This document shows, one piece after another, positions 1 through 11,719 of a DNA stretch of 64,000 nucleotides. The first letter of the stretch is position 1. Each line of letters opens with the position of its first letter. Below the pieces are notes generated by a model. The model did not search any database. It had not been told where the DNA came from and saw nothing but the letters and a program-made list of their open reading frames with translations. The translations under genes were made by a program, and so were the position numbers. This DNA comes from Mobula birostris. Lineage: Eukaryota. The stretch covers positions 8,574,762-8,638,761 of the forward strand of contig NC_092378.1 in the NCBI RefSeq assembly GCF_030028105.1. The letters are read 5' to 3'.

Positions 1-1256
1 AAATGTGCATAATTAAGATCTTAGAAAGTCTCTGATTTGTAGATATCTAAAAAAGTGAGTTTTGGGTAGGCTATATTTAGCTGACAATTGCTCAAATGAA
101 AAAGATTTCCTCCAACAAACAGACCCCAAAAATATTTAATAACCAACCTGTCCCATTCTTTAAAGACTAAATCAGTCATGGAGGGTTTTAAAAAAATTAG
201 AATACATGGGACTAGAAAGGGAAAACCTCAATAAACCAAAATGTTTTCTAAATTGTATCCAGATCCTCACAGTATGTTTAACTATCAGTTAGTTTACTTA
301 CAAATAAAGGAAGTGAGGGTCCAAGAAGAGAAATAATAGAAAATTAACAGAATTAGCTTCTGAAGAAACCCATACCAGACAGTCTACACGATTAATATAG
401 CCAAAACGCAAGATATCGTACAGTAATTGCCCAGTAATAAAACCTAAAATTAGGTAGTGCTGAACCTCCAGACTTTTTAGGTTTTTGAAAGTAAACTTTA
501 TTTAAACGAGGACGTTTATTTTTCCACATATAGGAGGATAAAATAGATTCAAGAGAGTCAAAAAAGTATTTGGGAATAAAAACGGGTAAGGCCTGAAAAA
601 GATATATAAATAAAGGTAGAATATTCATTTTAATAGAATTAATTCATCCAATCAACAATATTGAAAGAGGTGACCAATTTAATAATATCTTTTTTACATG
701 GTTCAATAAGGTAAGAAAGTCTTCTTTAAACAGGTATTTGTAATTCTTAATGATTGTTACACCCAAATAAGTAAATTGATTCCTTACAATTTTAAAAGGG
801 AGATTAGTATTAATTGATACCAAATTATTTAAAGGAAATAATTCACTCTTATGTAGGTTAAATTTATATCCTGAAAACTGGCTAAAACGGGAGAGTCGAG
901 GAAGAACACAGGGTAATGAGGTCTGAACATTAGAGATAAAAAGCAATACATCATCAGCGTAAAGCAAGATTTTGTGGGTTATACCTCTCCTTAAAATACC
1001 ACAAATATCATTAGATTCTCGAAAAGCAATGGCAAGGGGTTCTAAAGCAAAGGACTCAACGGACAGCCTTGTCCAGTTCCGCAGTGAAGTTTAAATGGTT
1101 TGGAATTTTGAAAATTAGTAAGAACCTGAGCAGGAGATAAAGTAATTTAATCAATTGAATAAAATCTTGTCCAAAATTAATTTTTTTTAAGGTTTTAAAT
1201 AAATAATTCCATTCAACCCAATCGAAGGCCTTCTCAGCATCTAGGGATAGCAAAAC
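1..1256 (-). mobile_element. Degenerate L1/Tx1-clade LINE ORF2 (reverse transcriptase) fragment in ZFC3H1 intron 2
   Basis: Frameshifted minus-strand ORFs 1056-1253 ([17 protein letters not shown]), 644-967 (LYADDVLLFI...FSGYKFNLHKSE) and 392-628 (NILPLFIYLFQALP) are collinear L1 RT motifs. Confidence 0.9.
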
Positions 1257-1285
1257 TCACTTAAGAATAACGCTGTTCTTTATAC

Positions 1286-1690
1286 CTTGTATTACTGTCA
1301 CATGCTCTAAAGGGTCCACTTTCTGGTCTTTGTTCAAGTTGATTTGATCCAGTTCAGCTGGAGTGGGTAGTTTATTTCTCACCGGTTTTATTTCAAAGGA
1401 TTGAAAAGATTTAACCTGAGGTTTCTCAGTGGAAGGCTGAAAATGCTCATTGTTCTTGTCAATACTGTTTATGTCAATACTAGCATTCCCAGATACAACT
1501 CCTGCTTCTTCTTCCAACAAGTTTTCCCCCTTAGTTGTCTGAGACATCTTCTCTTCCCTATTAAGGCATTCCAGTTCCAGCTGAATCTCCTTGTACTTCC
1601 TAAGGAGATCTTCAAACGTTTCTACCATATCATCTTCATTTCTGTGATGATAAGCTGGTCTTCTTGATAATGAACGTCCAAAAAATTTTG
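1286..1690 (-). CDS. ZFC3H1: ZFC3H1 coding exon 2 (PAXT/nuclear exosome adaptor)
   Basis: Translates (P)KFFGRSLSRRPAYHHRNEDDMVETFEDLLRKYKEIQLELECLNREEK...QVKSFQSFEIKPVRNKL..., matching the ZFC3H1 N-terminal region. Acceptor AG at 1692-1691, phase 1, in frame with exon 1. Donor CAAG|GTATAA at 1286/1285; an alternative AA|GTGAGT lies at 1261/1260. Confidence 0.9.
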
Positions 1691-1849
1691 CTGAGTTAGA
1701 TGTAAAGGAAACTTAACTCATTCAATTCACAGCAAGTTAACTTCCATACTCCGAGGTAATGCTTAAACAGAATCCCATGTTATAAATATTTCTAAAATAC
1801 ACACGCTGCAAAAGTGAATCACATTTTCATTGCTATCCAAACTTTCTAC

Positions 1850-2080
1850 AGATCATCTGCAGCTGACAGCGAGCTAGGTTCAGGAATGACTGTGAGCAAG
1901 GCCTCTCAGTGACCTTTTTGCTGGCTGTAACACTTTTGCTTTCCTCACTCATATGGTTGCACACCCAACTGCAATATTTTATATAAAAGGTGCCAGTTTC
2001 TAGATCATCTTGTCATCGGCATACAATTAAAATTTATTTTTCATTAACTATTGCAAAATAAAAAAAACAATGGGATGCTC
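1850..2080. repeat. Locally duplicated ~230 bp segment, copy 1 (copy 2 at ~3845-4290)
   Basis: Shared blocks in the same order: ggttcaggaat, aaggcctc, ttgctgg, ttggttgcacacccaactgcaat, aaaggtg, caatgggatgct. Confidence 0.75.
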
Positions 2081-3937
2081 TAAGAGACAGCAAGCTATTC
2101 AAGCCCTGAAACATGCTCTGCCATTGAAGATCACTAGTGAGCTTCTTTGACGACTATACCATTTTCCCATCTTGACACCACATTCATTTTCTTCAAATTT
2201 CAAAAGTACATTATTTAAGTATATATGCATTACACAATCTTGAAATTCATCTCCTTACTGGCAGCCACAAAACAAAAAAGAACCTATAAAAAGACCGTCA
2301 AACACCTTATGTGCAGAGTCCATGGACATGAAGCCTGGAGCAGGCCACAGCCTCAACCCAGCAGAACCGAGTAAACATCACGAAGCAGCGAGCAGAACCA
2401 GCCCAACCCTCACCTTTGGTCCTGACACCATGCCTTTTCAAACCATCTGGCCTGGCGTTTAAATCATCCACACATCAGATCACTCCTATGCACCAGGACC
2501 CAGGCCCTGTCATACCAATACATTCTGGGCCAGGACCCTGCGCCACATTTCGGCCCAGAACCAACCTATCCAAATCAGCCTGGCACTTAGATTGATCAAT
2601 TTTACAAGAAAATGTGTCCTTAGTAAAATCTTTAGTTGTATTCCTTGTCTTGTTTGCCAACAGTAAGTAGTTGCTGGGCTTCACCAGCACTACTCTGTAA
2701 TGTTCTGAAAACTATCACTCTCACCTGAGCTTCAAAAGCTCTCCAGGGTAGAGAATTCCAAAGATACAACATGTTTAGAGTGGGGGGGGGGGGGGGGAAT
2801 CTCATTCCAGTCCCAATTCAACTAATGCTCATTTTGCAGACTTTTCAACCAGAATCATTCTTGACTTATCTGCTCTGCAGATCATTGCTGGGACCCACTT
2901 ACACAAAAAGAACACTCACAAGAAGAAAAATAATTAACATTTCAAGTCAGAAAACCTTCATAAGAACTGAAAAACGACAGAACAAGATTTCTCTCATTTT
3001 TTTCTTCCTCCCAAGATGTGCTGAAAGATGCTGCCTGACATGAGTGCTTCCAGCATTCATTTTTCTTTCAGATTCCTGGATTTTATTTCCCAACCTGAGA
3101 CTAAATACATAATATCCAAACCTCATCAACGTAAAGATAGGTCAGCTGTAAAGAGGGAATCAACTTTGAGGCAGCTCACGTAGAGCTGATATCTCACAGC
3201 TCCATCAATCAGAGTTTAATCCCAACCTCCAAAACTTGGTTTGCACATCTGAAAGACATGGGTTAGTAAGGAAGTGGCAGAATCTGGGGGAGTTGATGGA
3301 AATGAAAGCGAATAAAGTAGGATTAATACAAATTGGTGTCTGATTGTCAGTAGGGACTTGCTTTCATATTGAATTAAAATTTTTTAAATGTAATCAGAAT
3401 AATAAATGTTTCTGTACTAAAATATTGGAAATGTTGGTACATCAAACAAAATCTTAGCATGGTGAGACAGCAAATGATTAGGAAGATTATTGAAATGTCA
3501 GATTTTATTGCAAGAACTAAGGAAAATAATTATGGATTTTCTGATGGGCTGGTAAGACTGCAACTGGGTACTGCATATACTTCTGATCTCTGTATTTAAC
3601 TAAGGATGTGCTTGCATTGAAATCTGTGCATAGTTCATTAGATTGATTTCTGGTATTGAAAGCCCTAATGAATAAAGAACGTTTTGGTCCTTTCGTCAAT
3701 GCAATAGGGAGCAATAAGAGGTGGTCATATTGACACACAACATTCTCCAGGGGAGTGACAAGACAAATGCCAAGAGGGTATTTCCCACACTGATGGAGAA
3801 CTGTGGGTATAATTTCAAAACAAGGGGTAATTTTCATCACTATCTAATCTGACAGTGATCTGGGTTCAGGAATCACTGTGATCAAGGCCTCAGTGATTTT
3901 TATTTTGCTGGATGGAACACATTTGTTTTCCTCATTA

Positions 3938-4113
3938 ACAAAATGCTGGAGGAACTCAGAGGGCCAGGCAGCATTATGGGGGAAAAAAAAGCAGTGTCAA
4001 CATTTCAGGCCAAAACTTTTTTCCCCCCATAGATGCTGCCTGGCCTGCTGAGTTCCTCCAGCATTTTGTGCGCATTGCTCGGATTCCCAGCATCTGCAGA
4101 TTTTCTCGTTTGT
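3938..4113. mobile_element. Penelope-derived inverted pair inserted in copy 2 of the duplicated segment
   Basis: acaaaatgctggaggaactcag...ggcagcat is followed by its reverse complement (atgctgcctggcctgctgagttcctccagcattttgt). It is flanked by a tttcctcatt direct repeat (TSD-like). Confidence 0.75.
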
Positions 4114-4939
4114 GCTTTCCTCATTTATTTGGTTGCACACCCAACTGCAATCTCTACATTATAAACCTCATGTGATACTGCCTTTTCTTTAAAATAAAGG
4201 TGTCAGCTTCTGATCTTGTGATCAGCAAACTAACAAAATTTGTTTTTCTAAAATAAATATTGTAAACTCTTAAAAAGCAATGGGATGCTTACCCTAAGTA
4301 GGAAGGACCTGCTGAAAATAGCAGATAACAAGAACATATTGTCATGGCTCTTCACTTTATGGTCCAAGTCTAGCTCAGGGCCAGAATACCTCAAGAATAG
4401 CAGGACCATATTGATCCCAAAAAAAACGATAAATAAGATCAACTGAAGGCCAATTTACAAAGTGCCCAAAGATAAACAGTACAATACAATGGAGCCCTTC
4501 GGCTCAAGATGCTGTGCTGACCTTTTAACCTACTCCAAAATGTAGCCAAGCCTTCCCTCCCACTAGCCCTCCATTTATCTTTCATTTTTTAAATGTTTCT
4601 AATGTATCTGTCTCTACCACCAGCCCTGGCAGTCTGTTCCATGCACTTACCATTGCCTGCATAGAATTATTAACCCAAGGTACAAATATGGGGTCACAAT
4701 TGACTCTTCTTGTTGTTAAACAAAGGCATAGCCTACTCAATCTTGCTTAACATGACACACCTGCCATACCAGTTATGTTCTCAATTCTTGCGCAATGGAC
4801 TGAATAAAATCCCGCAGCAATAGCATGCACACAGCACCATCACTTGTAACATCCAATACAGAATCAATGTTTCTGGTCAACAGGGTCAGTTTCTTACCTT
4901 TGAGATAATGTATGAAAACTCTACGTTTATCAACTTTGA

Positions 4940-5665
4940 ATTACTATTCTCCCTCTTGCAAGCGGCCTAAGTGCTACTCCTGCCCAGACACCACCTCCTT
5001 CACCTTCGTTCAGGGCCCCAAACTGTCCTTCCAGATCAGACATCACTTCACCAGAGAATCTGCTGGCGTTGTCTATTGTATGCACTGCTCCCAATGCGGC
5101 TTCCTCAACATTGGTGAAACCCGCCGTAAATTGGGGGATCGCTTCATCGAGCACCTCTGCTCCATCCACCAAAACTGAATATCCCAAGACACAAACATTT
5201 TACTTCCAATTCCCATTCAGACATGTCAGTCCATGGCCTTCTCTTGTGCCAAGATGAGGACATCTCAGGGTGGAAGAACAACACCTGGTATTCTGTCTGG
5301 GTAGCCTCCAACCTGAGGGCATGAATATCGATTTCTCCTTCCAATAAAAATAATTCCCTCCCCCACCTTTCTTCTATTCCCTACTGGTCTCCTACCTCTT
5401 TTCACCCACCTATCACCTCCCCCTGGGTCCCCTCTTCCTTATCTCTCATGATTCACTCTTAGATTCCTTCTCTCCAGCCCACTGGCTTCACCTATCACCT
5501 TCCAGATATCCTCCTTCCCCACCTTTCTAGACTGCCATCTTCCCCCTTCCGTCTCATTCCTGAAGGGATGTGGCCCGAAAAGTTGAATGTTTGTTAATAT
5601 CAGCTGCCTGACCTGCCAAGTTCCTCCAGCATTTTCTGTGTGTTGCTCAGGATTTCCAGCATCTG
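4940..5665 (+). mobile_element. Penelope-like element 3' part (GIY-YIG endonuclease relic plus pseudo-LTR)
   Basis: ORF 4912-5178 GVVYCMHCSQCGFLNIGETRRKLGDRFIEHL is a PLE GIY-YIG motif. It is followed by EEQHLVFCLGSLQPEGMNIDF and the cctga...cccgaaa / gttcctccagcatttt tail. Confidence 0.85.
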
Positions 5666-6159
5666 TTTTTAATTATAATTGACTGTATTTTATTATTTAG
5701 GCCTAAACATGCATGGGGTCATCTGAACTTGCCAAAAAAACAATTTAACTGGAACTTCATTTTAAAAATAAGTAATCAGCACACTCAATTATGCCTTCCT
5801 ATTCCACTTTAAATGGTCACAACCTGAAATGCCATCTACCAATACAAATAAATATCCAATACTACATACAAGACTTTACTCCGTTATAAAATACAGTAGA
5901 AATTGCCCAATATTTGTGAAGATTGAAGTCAAACAACATGAAATTTCATGAGAATTTGGAAACCAAATAAACTGATTAACAAAAAAATGCAAATTAACCC
6001 TTTATTTACAACCCATGGTGTCTCAAAACATTATAATGAAACATCTATTAGGCATGAATGAGAAAGCTACAAAGCTGTGCTGTATATTCAGTCAACGAGA
6101 TTCTAACTTAGTCACACAACAATCCTTGTTATTAAAGTTATTTTAAAACCGGAAATTGG

Positions 6160-7670
6160 GGAGATTGTGGAGGATTGGTAATGATCTTTCAAAAATCACT
6201 AGATTCTGGCATGATTCTGGAGAAGTGGAAAATTGCAAATGTCACTCTACTCTCCAAGAAGGGAGGGAGGGATAAGAAAGGACATTGTAGACCAGCTAGA
6301 CTGACCTCAGTGGCTGGGAAGATGTTGGGAGTCAATTATTAAGGATACAGTTTCTGGATACTAGTGGGCACATGATTAAACAGGTCATAGTCAGCCTGGT
6401 TTCCTTAAGGAAACATCTTGCCTGACAAATCTGTTGGAATTCCTTGACAACTAACAAACAGGATAAGCAAAGGAGAATTGGTGGATATTGTATAAGATTT
6501 TTAGAAGGCCTTTGACAACAGGCTGCACACAAGGCTGCTTAACAAGGTAAGAGCCCATGGTAATTACAGGAAAGATACTAGCATGGATAGAGGATTGGCT
6601 AAATGACAGGAGGCAAAGAGTGGGAATAAGGGAGCATTTTCTGGTTGGCTGCTGGTGGTGAGTGGAGTTCCGCAGGGGTAGGTGTTGGGACTGCTTCTTT
6701 TGACGTATATGTGTCAATATTTTGGATGACAGAATTGAAGGCTCTGTGGCCTAGTTTGCGGACAATGCGAAGATAGATGGGGAGGCAAATAGTATGGAGG
6801 AAGCAGGTAGGCTGATCAGGAGAACTGGCAAAGTGGCAGATGAAATTCAGAACCAGGATATGTATGGTATGCACTTTAGTAGAAGGAATAAAAGCGCAGA
6901 CCAGGAGAATTGGCAAAGTGGCACATGGAATTCAGAACCAGAATATGTACGGTCATGCACTTTAGTAGAAGGAATAAAAGCACAGACTCTTAATAAAAAA
7001 ACATAGATGGAGAGAAAAGGGACTAGGGAGTGCCAAGTAGGATTCCAAAAAGGTTAAGGAAAGCAAATGTGATGTTAGCATTCATTTCAAGAAAACTAGA
7101 ATATAAAAGGACGTAATGCTGACGCTTTATAAAGCACTGGTGAGGCTTCACTTGTGGAGTATTGTGAACAGTTTTGGACCCCTTATCTAAGAAAGGATGT
7201 GCTGACAATGAAGAGGGCTCAGAGGAGGTTCACAAGAATGATTCCAGAAATGAAACGGTTATCATATGAGAAGCATTTGATGGCTCTGGGCCTATACATG
7301 CTGAAATGAGGGGGAATATCACTGCAAACTACTGAATGTTGAAAGGCCTAGATAAGGTGAGGATGTTTCCTCTAATGGGGGAGTCTAGGACCACAGGGCA
7401 GACTCAGAATAGAGGGACATCCATTTAGTTCAGAAATGAGAAATTTCTTTAGCCAGAGGGTGGCAAATCTGTAATTTGTTGCCACAGGTGTCTGTGGAGA
7501 CCAAGTTATTGGGTATATTTAAAGTGGATGTTGATAAGTTCTTGATTAGTCAGGGCGTGAAAGGTTACAGGGAGATGGAGTTGAGAGGGAAAATGGATTA
7601 GCCATGATGAAATAGCAGAGCAAACTTGATGGAACAAATGGCCTAAATTCTGCTCCCATCTCTTATGGTC
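6160..7670 (+). mobile_element. CR1-like LINE, degenerate RT and 3' end, with an internal ~85 bp tandem duplication (6816-6985)
   Basis: CR1 RT-region sequence (ggaaaattgcaaatgtcact...aagaagggagggagg; gtgaggcttcac...gagtattgtgaacagttttgg) and a CR1-type 3' end. Confidence 0.85.
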
Positions 7671-8179
7671 TTTTAAAACATCAATATGCACATTAAAATT
7701 GTTATTGTAAATTTATCCAATTCTCTATGCAGTTAAGATTCCACCATGAAATGCGTCACTCCACATTACATGTTAGGAAACCACCCAACATCAGCATGTT
7801 ACATCACAAATTACAGAGTACTTAGTACGTCTATTCAAATGCCATATATAAATAATTCAAAAAGGTCACATTTAAAATGAATCAAGGGACTCAAATAACA
7901 AAACACAACAATTTCTGTTTTCCTCATCTGGGACCTCATTTGAGAGCTCCGGTCAACTGCCTCAAATTATGCTAGTAATGACTATTCCCGCATCAGGGGA
8001 GATTGCTAAACTGCAGTCACTAGCAAAGGGGACAGTTCAGAAAATGAGATGGTTGTCCTATCGCAAGCATCTAACGAAATTGGATCAGTATTCCTTGCAT
8101 CTTAGAAGAATAATGTGTAGTAAATGTGAGAAAACATATGATCCTTAAATATTTCTACTTATACAGATATGTACAACAC

Positions 8180-8590
8180 AGAATGGGCCCTCTTAGTCTA
8201 GGTCGACCCATTTAAACTGCCTAGTCCCATCAACCTGCACCCAGACCATCGCCCTCCATACTCCTACCATCAATGTACCCATCCAAGCTGCTCTTAAACA
8301 TTGAAATTGAGCTCAAATACACCATTTGCACTGGCAGCTCATTCCACACTCTCATTGCTCTGAGTGAAAAAGTTTTCCCCTCATGTCCCCCTTAAACTTT
8401 TCATCTTTCATCCTTAACCCACAACCTCTGGTTGTAGTCCCACCCAACCTCAGTGGAAAAAGCCTGCTTGCATTTACCCTAACTATACCCCTCAAAATTT
8501 TGTATACCTCTATCAAATCCCCTTTCAATCTTCTAAATTCCAAGGAATAAAGTCCTAACCTATTTAATCTCTCCTTATAATTGTATATCC
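8180..8590 (-). mobile_element. CR1-like LINE 3' fragment
   Basis: ORF 8352-8606 YKERLNRLGLYSLEFRRLKGDLIEVYKILRG is the CR1 ORF2 C-terminus. Confidence 0.85.
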
Positions 8591-8859
8591 TTTTTCCTTC
8601 CCACAAGTTATAAGATAAAGGGTGATCATTTAGAATAACTTCTCTTCACACAGGATGGTGAACCTCTGCCCCAAAGGGTTGCAGGGGGCAGATTATTAGA
8701 AGAAGCATTGCAAAAGACAGTAGGTTATTTTTTGTAAGATTGAACAATTGAACTTTGAAAGCTCCAGAAAAGGTGACATAGCTTGGAGATCAGTCAACGT
8801 TATATTGAATGTTGGTGACAGGTGGCTTGCTCCTGCTCATGTTCTACACTAACAATGTA

Positions 8860-9290
8860 TTTTAATTCCAATTCCCATTCCTGTTCTGATGTGGCCTCCT
8901 CTTTGTAAGGGCACCCTCAGGGTGGAGGAGCCACGCCTTACATTCCAACTGGTTACCTTCCAACTTGATTGCATGACTATCAATTTCTCCTTCTGGTAGA
9001 CAAATACCTCTCCCTCCCCCACTCTGATCTTTGACTTCTTCTCACATGCAGATCACTTCCTCCTGGATCCCATCCTCCTTCACCTTCTCCTATGGTCCAC
9101 CCTCCTCTCCTGTCAGACTGCTTAATCTCCAACCCTTGACCCTTTCCACCCCCCCCCCACTACCTTTTTATTCTGGCGTAATTCCCCCTTCCTTCTCAGT
9201 CCTGAAAAAGGGTCTCGATCCAAAATATGGACTGTTTAATCATTTCCATAGATGCTGCCTAACCTGCTGAGTTCCTCCAGCATTGTGCTG
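8860..9290 (+). mobile_element. Penelope-like element 3' fragment
   Basis: Same sequence family as 5200-5665, ending cagtcctgaaaaagggtctcg...gatgctgcctaacctgctgagttcctccagc. Confidence 0.75.
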
Positions 9291-9582
9291 TGCTATGCAT
9301 TACACGACCTATCCTCCCGAAAGGAAAATACCCACCGGTTCTCTATAATACTTAAATTCGACAATGGCACTCCACTGGGCAAACTACCTGCACCTCTTCG
9401 TTTCTAATAAACGTCCTTAAGTTTCCATTCCGATCTCACGCGGGTGCTTGACTATGACAAACGAGGTGATTCCGAAGGGAGGAGCCAGGATTGCTGTGAT
9501 TATGCTTGGTCAGCCAGCCCGGGGCCTGCTGGGCCTAACACCCGGCTCAGGGCGGGGTAAAGGCCAGGTTATGGAAGGATAC

Positions 9583-10057
9583 GTTTCCTGGGCGGAGAGT
9601 CTCTGCGGACATTGCTGCCGCTGTTGAAGTTGGGCCCGGGACCCGGCCCAAGTCTCCCTCCTCTCTTCCAGCCCCAAGGCCCCGGGCACTCCCTGCCCCA
9701 GCGGCCGCGGTTGGAGCCCTCCCGAAAGCGGAAGCGGCCGAAAGTTCCGTGACTCCTCTCCCAGAAGTTGGAGCGGGGCGAATCGCCGAGCAGAGCGGGC
9801 GGCGGCAGCAACGGCTGCCGTGCGAAGCCACGGTACGGTTCCTTGAGCCGGTAGGACAGGCCGTTGCCGGAGGACGGCGACTGAGTCGTGAGGCGAGAGC
9901 CGAGCCGGTGCTGTTTAGGCCCTGAGCCGCCAGGTCTCGGCCTCTGAGACACGAACCGCGAGTCCCGGTAGAAATTCTCGTCGTTGTCATCGTCTATCTC
10001 GCCGTCTTCCAGCTCCCCTTCTTCTTTGGGCGACAACTGCTCTCCGCCGAGTTCCAT
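9583..10057 (-). CDS. ZFC3H1: ZFC3H1 coding exon 1
   Basis: ATG in strong Kozak context (gacgccATGG, 10057-10055). MELGGEQLSPKEEGELEDGEIDDD...SYRLKEPYR...SPRSNFWERSH...RFRFR...DSPPRK matches the ZFC3H1 N-terminus (SPKEEGELEDGEI motif). Lies in a CpG island and ends at the GTATCCTT donor. Confidence 0.93.
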
Positions 10058-10059
10058 GG

Positions 10060-10190
10060 CGTCGCCTATCACCAGCACCGAGGGCCGGAGGCCGTCTCCG
10101 TCACCGAGGGTGGAAGCGGAACTGACGTCAGCCACGGCGGAGGCACAATGCGCGTTCTCGGCAAAACCGGAGAGCGCGCTCCAACTCTAT
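10060..10190 (-). promoter_or_regulatory. ZFC3H1 CpG-island promoter/5'UTR with palindromic CRE
   Basis: TGACGTCA at 10123-10130, adjacent GGAAGCGGAA ETS-like sequence, high CpG density. Confidence 0.6.
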
Positions 10191-10345
10191 GAAATTCTTC
10201 CTCTTATGGAGTTGGCAGTCCAACTTAAAGGTGCATTACTGCCACCAACTGGCCTGGAGTATGATGTGTCTTTCAAATGAAAGCTAAATTGCCCCCAAAA
10301 GCCCGAGAGATAATTCAAAAGATGTGACCCAACTGAGGTGGTTAC

Positions 10346-10619
10346 ATAGAACATAGAATAGTACAGCACGGTACAGGCCCTTCGGCCCACAATGTTGTGC
10401 CAACCCTCAAACCCTGCCTCCCATATAACCCCCCACCTTAGATTCCTCCATATACCTGTCTAGTAGTCTCCTAAACTTCACAAGTGTATCTGCCTCCACC
10501 ACTGACTCAGGCAGTGCATTCCACGCATCAACCACTCTCTGAGTAAAAAACCTTCCTCTAATATCCCCCTTGAACTTCCCACCCCTTACCTTAAAGCCAT
10601 GTCCTCTTGTATTGAGCAC
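10346..10619 (-). mobile_element. CR1-like LINE 3' end
   Basis: ORF NTRGHGFKVRGGKFKGDIRGRFFTQRVVDAWNALP with an (ttctatg)n tail; near-identical to 27520-27785. Confidence 0.9.
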
Positions 10620-11139
10620 CTATTCCTCCTAATAGATAGAGGGTTGGGTTGAGTTGTTCTCCTGATGAAAGGTCTCGGCCTGAAACATTGACTGTTATTC
10701 TTTTCCATTGATGCTGCTTGACTTGCTGAGTTCCTCCAGCATTTTGTGTGTGTTGCTCTGGATTTCCAGCATCTGCGGAATCCCCTGTGCTTGTTCTCCG
10801 ATCTTGGCAATTTACTTGCAAACATTTCATCACGAGGCACTGACATGGTGACAAGATATTTGTAAGTAAATTGCCACTATCCGTGAACAACTCAACCCAG
10901 ATCTGTAGATTGTCAGTAATAAAAAGAAGATGCTGTGAATTAAAGTCACACCCATAACTTAACAAAGTTTTTAAATGAAAATTGTCAATCCGCAGAGATT
11001 GTACTGAATCCTGCATTTGATTTCTTTCAACCATATATACTTCACACTATAATAGAATGTTTCATAATGATGATAAAACCTACACACCCCAGAGTTATGT
11101 TTTCCAACAAGATATAAGGAATAATTAAGCATAAAATGC

Positions 11140-11716
11140 CCAATTCTAAGTCAAGTCAATATAATTCCTTCCCTTCTTGTTTTGTCCCCTTCTCCCACAA
11201 ACCGAACGGTTTTATGTATTCTGTAAAGGTGTCTCCCCTTATCACCAATATCACACTAGTCCTGCCATCATCCACTATTTCTAAACCCTACCAACCGCTT
11301 AGCTTCTGATTTGCTAAGTAGACGTCTATATCACCTGCAGAACTTCTAACAACTTTCTTTGCTAAATAGTTAACCCACTTATTTCCCTGAACACCTCTAG
11401 GTGCAGGGGCCCATAAAAAAGAAAACATGTCAACCAATAATTTGTAAATGAAATAAAGTTTGAAGAGTTTCCAGCAGTGAATCTGACCTACTGCTAGAAT
11501 TACCTGTTTCAAGACTCATCAAAACCAAAAAGGAATCTGAACAAATTACAACCTGAGATGGATAAATTTCTCCACCCACCATAATCCTAAAATGATGGCA
11601 ACCAATTTTGCTGTATATACTGATAAATGGCTAATAAGTCATTCTTTATCCTTACCTGTAATTCAGGCACAAAAAGAGTCACACCAATATTCCCAGTTAA
11701 ATTATCTTTTGAACCA
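11140..11716 (-). mobile_element. RNase H-containing LINE relic (I/Nimb-like clade)
   Basis: Minus-strand translation gives ISHLSVYTAKLVAIIL, ICSDS and FLWAPAPRGVQGNKWVNYLAK, which resemble the LINE RNase H motifs (SVFxAELxAI, IxSDS, WVPxHxGIxGNExAD). Confidence 0.6.
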
Positions 11717-11719
11717 TCT

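Larger units (their letters stand above)
1691..9582 (-). other. ZFC3H1: ZFC3H1 intron 1, U12-type (minor spliceosome) GT-AG intron
   Basis: 5' splice site GTATCCTT (9582-9575). Branch sequence TTTCCTTTAC (1711-1702) lies about 12 nt before the AG, with no long polypyrimidine tract after it. Confidence 0.85.

Noticed and set aside
6816-6985. ~85 bp direct repeat as a CRISPR-like or functional array
   Set aside because: Two-copy duplication inside a dead CR1 element in a eukaryotic genome.
10058-10135. GTG-initiated N-terminal extension of ZFC3H1 (ORF-track start MADVSS...)
   Set aside because: The start is GTG, the segment overlaps the CRE/ETS promoter motifs and may be upstream of the TSS, and homology begins right after the strong-Kozak ATG at 10057.
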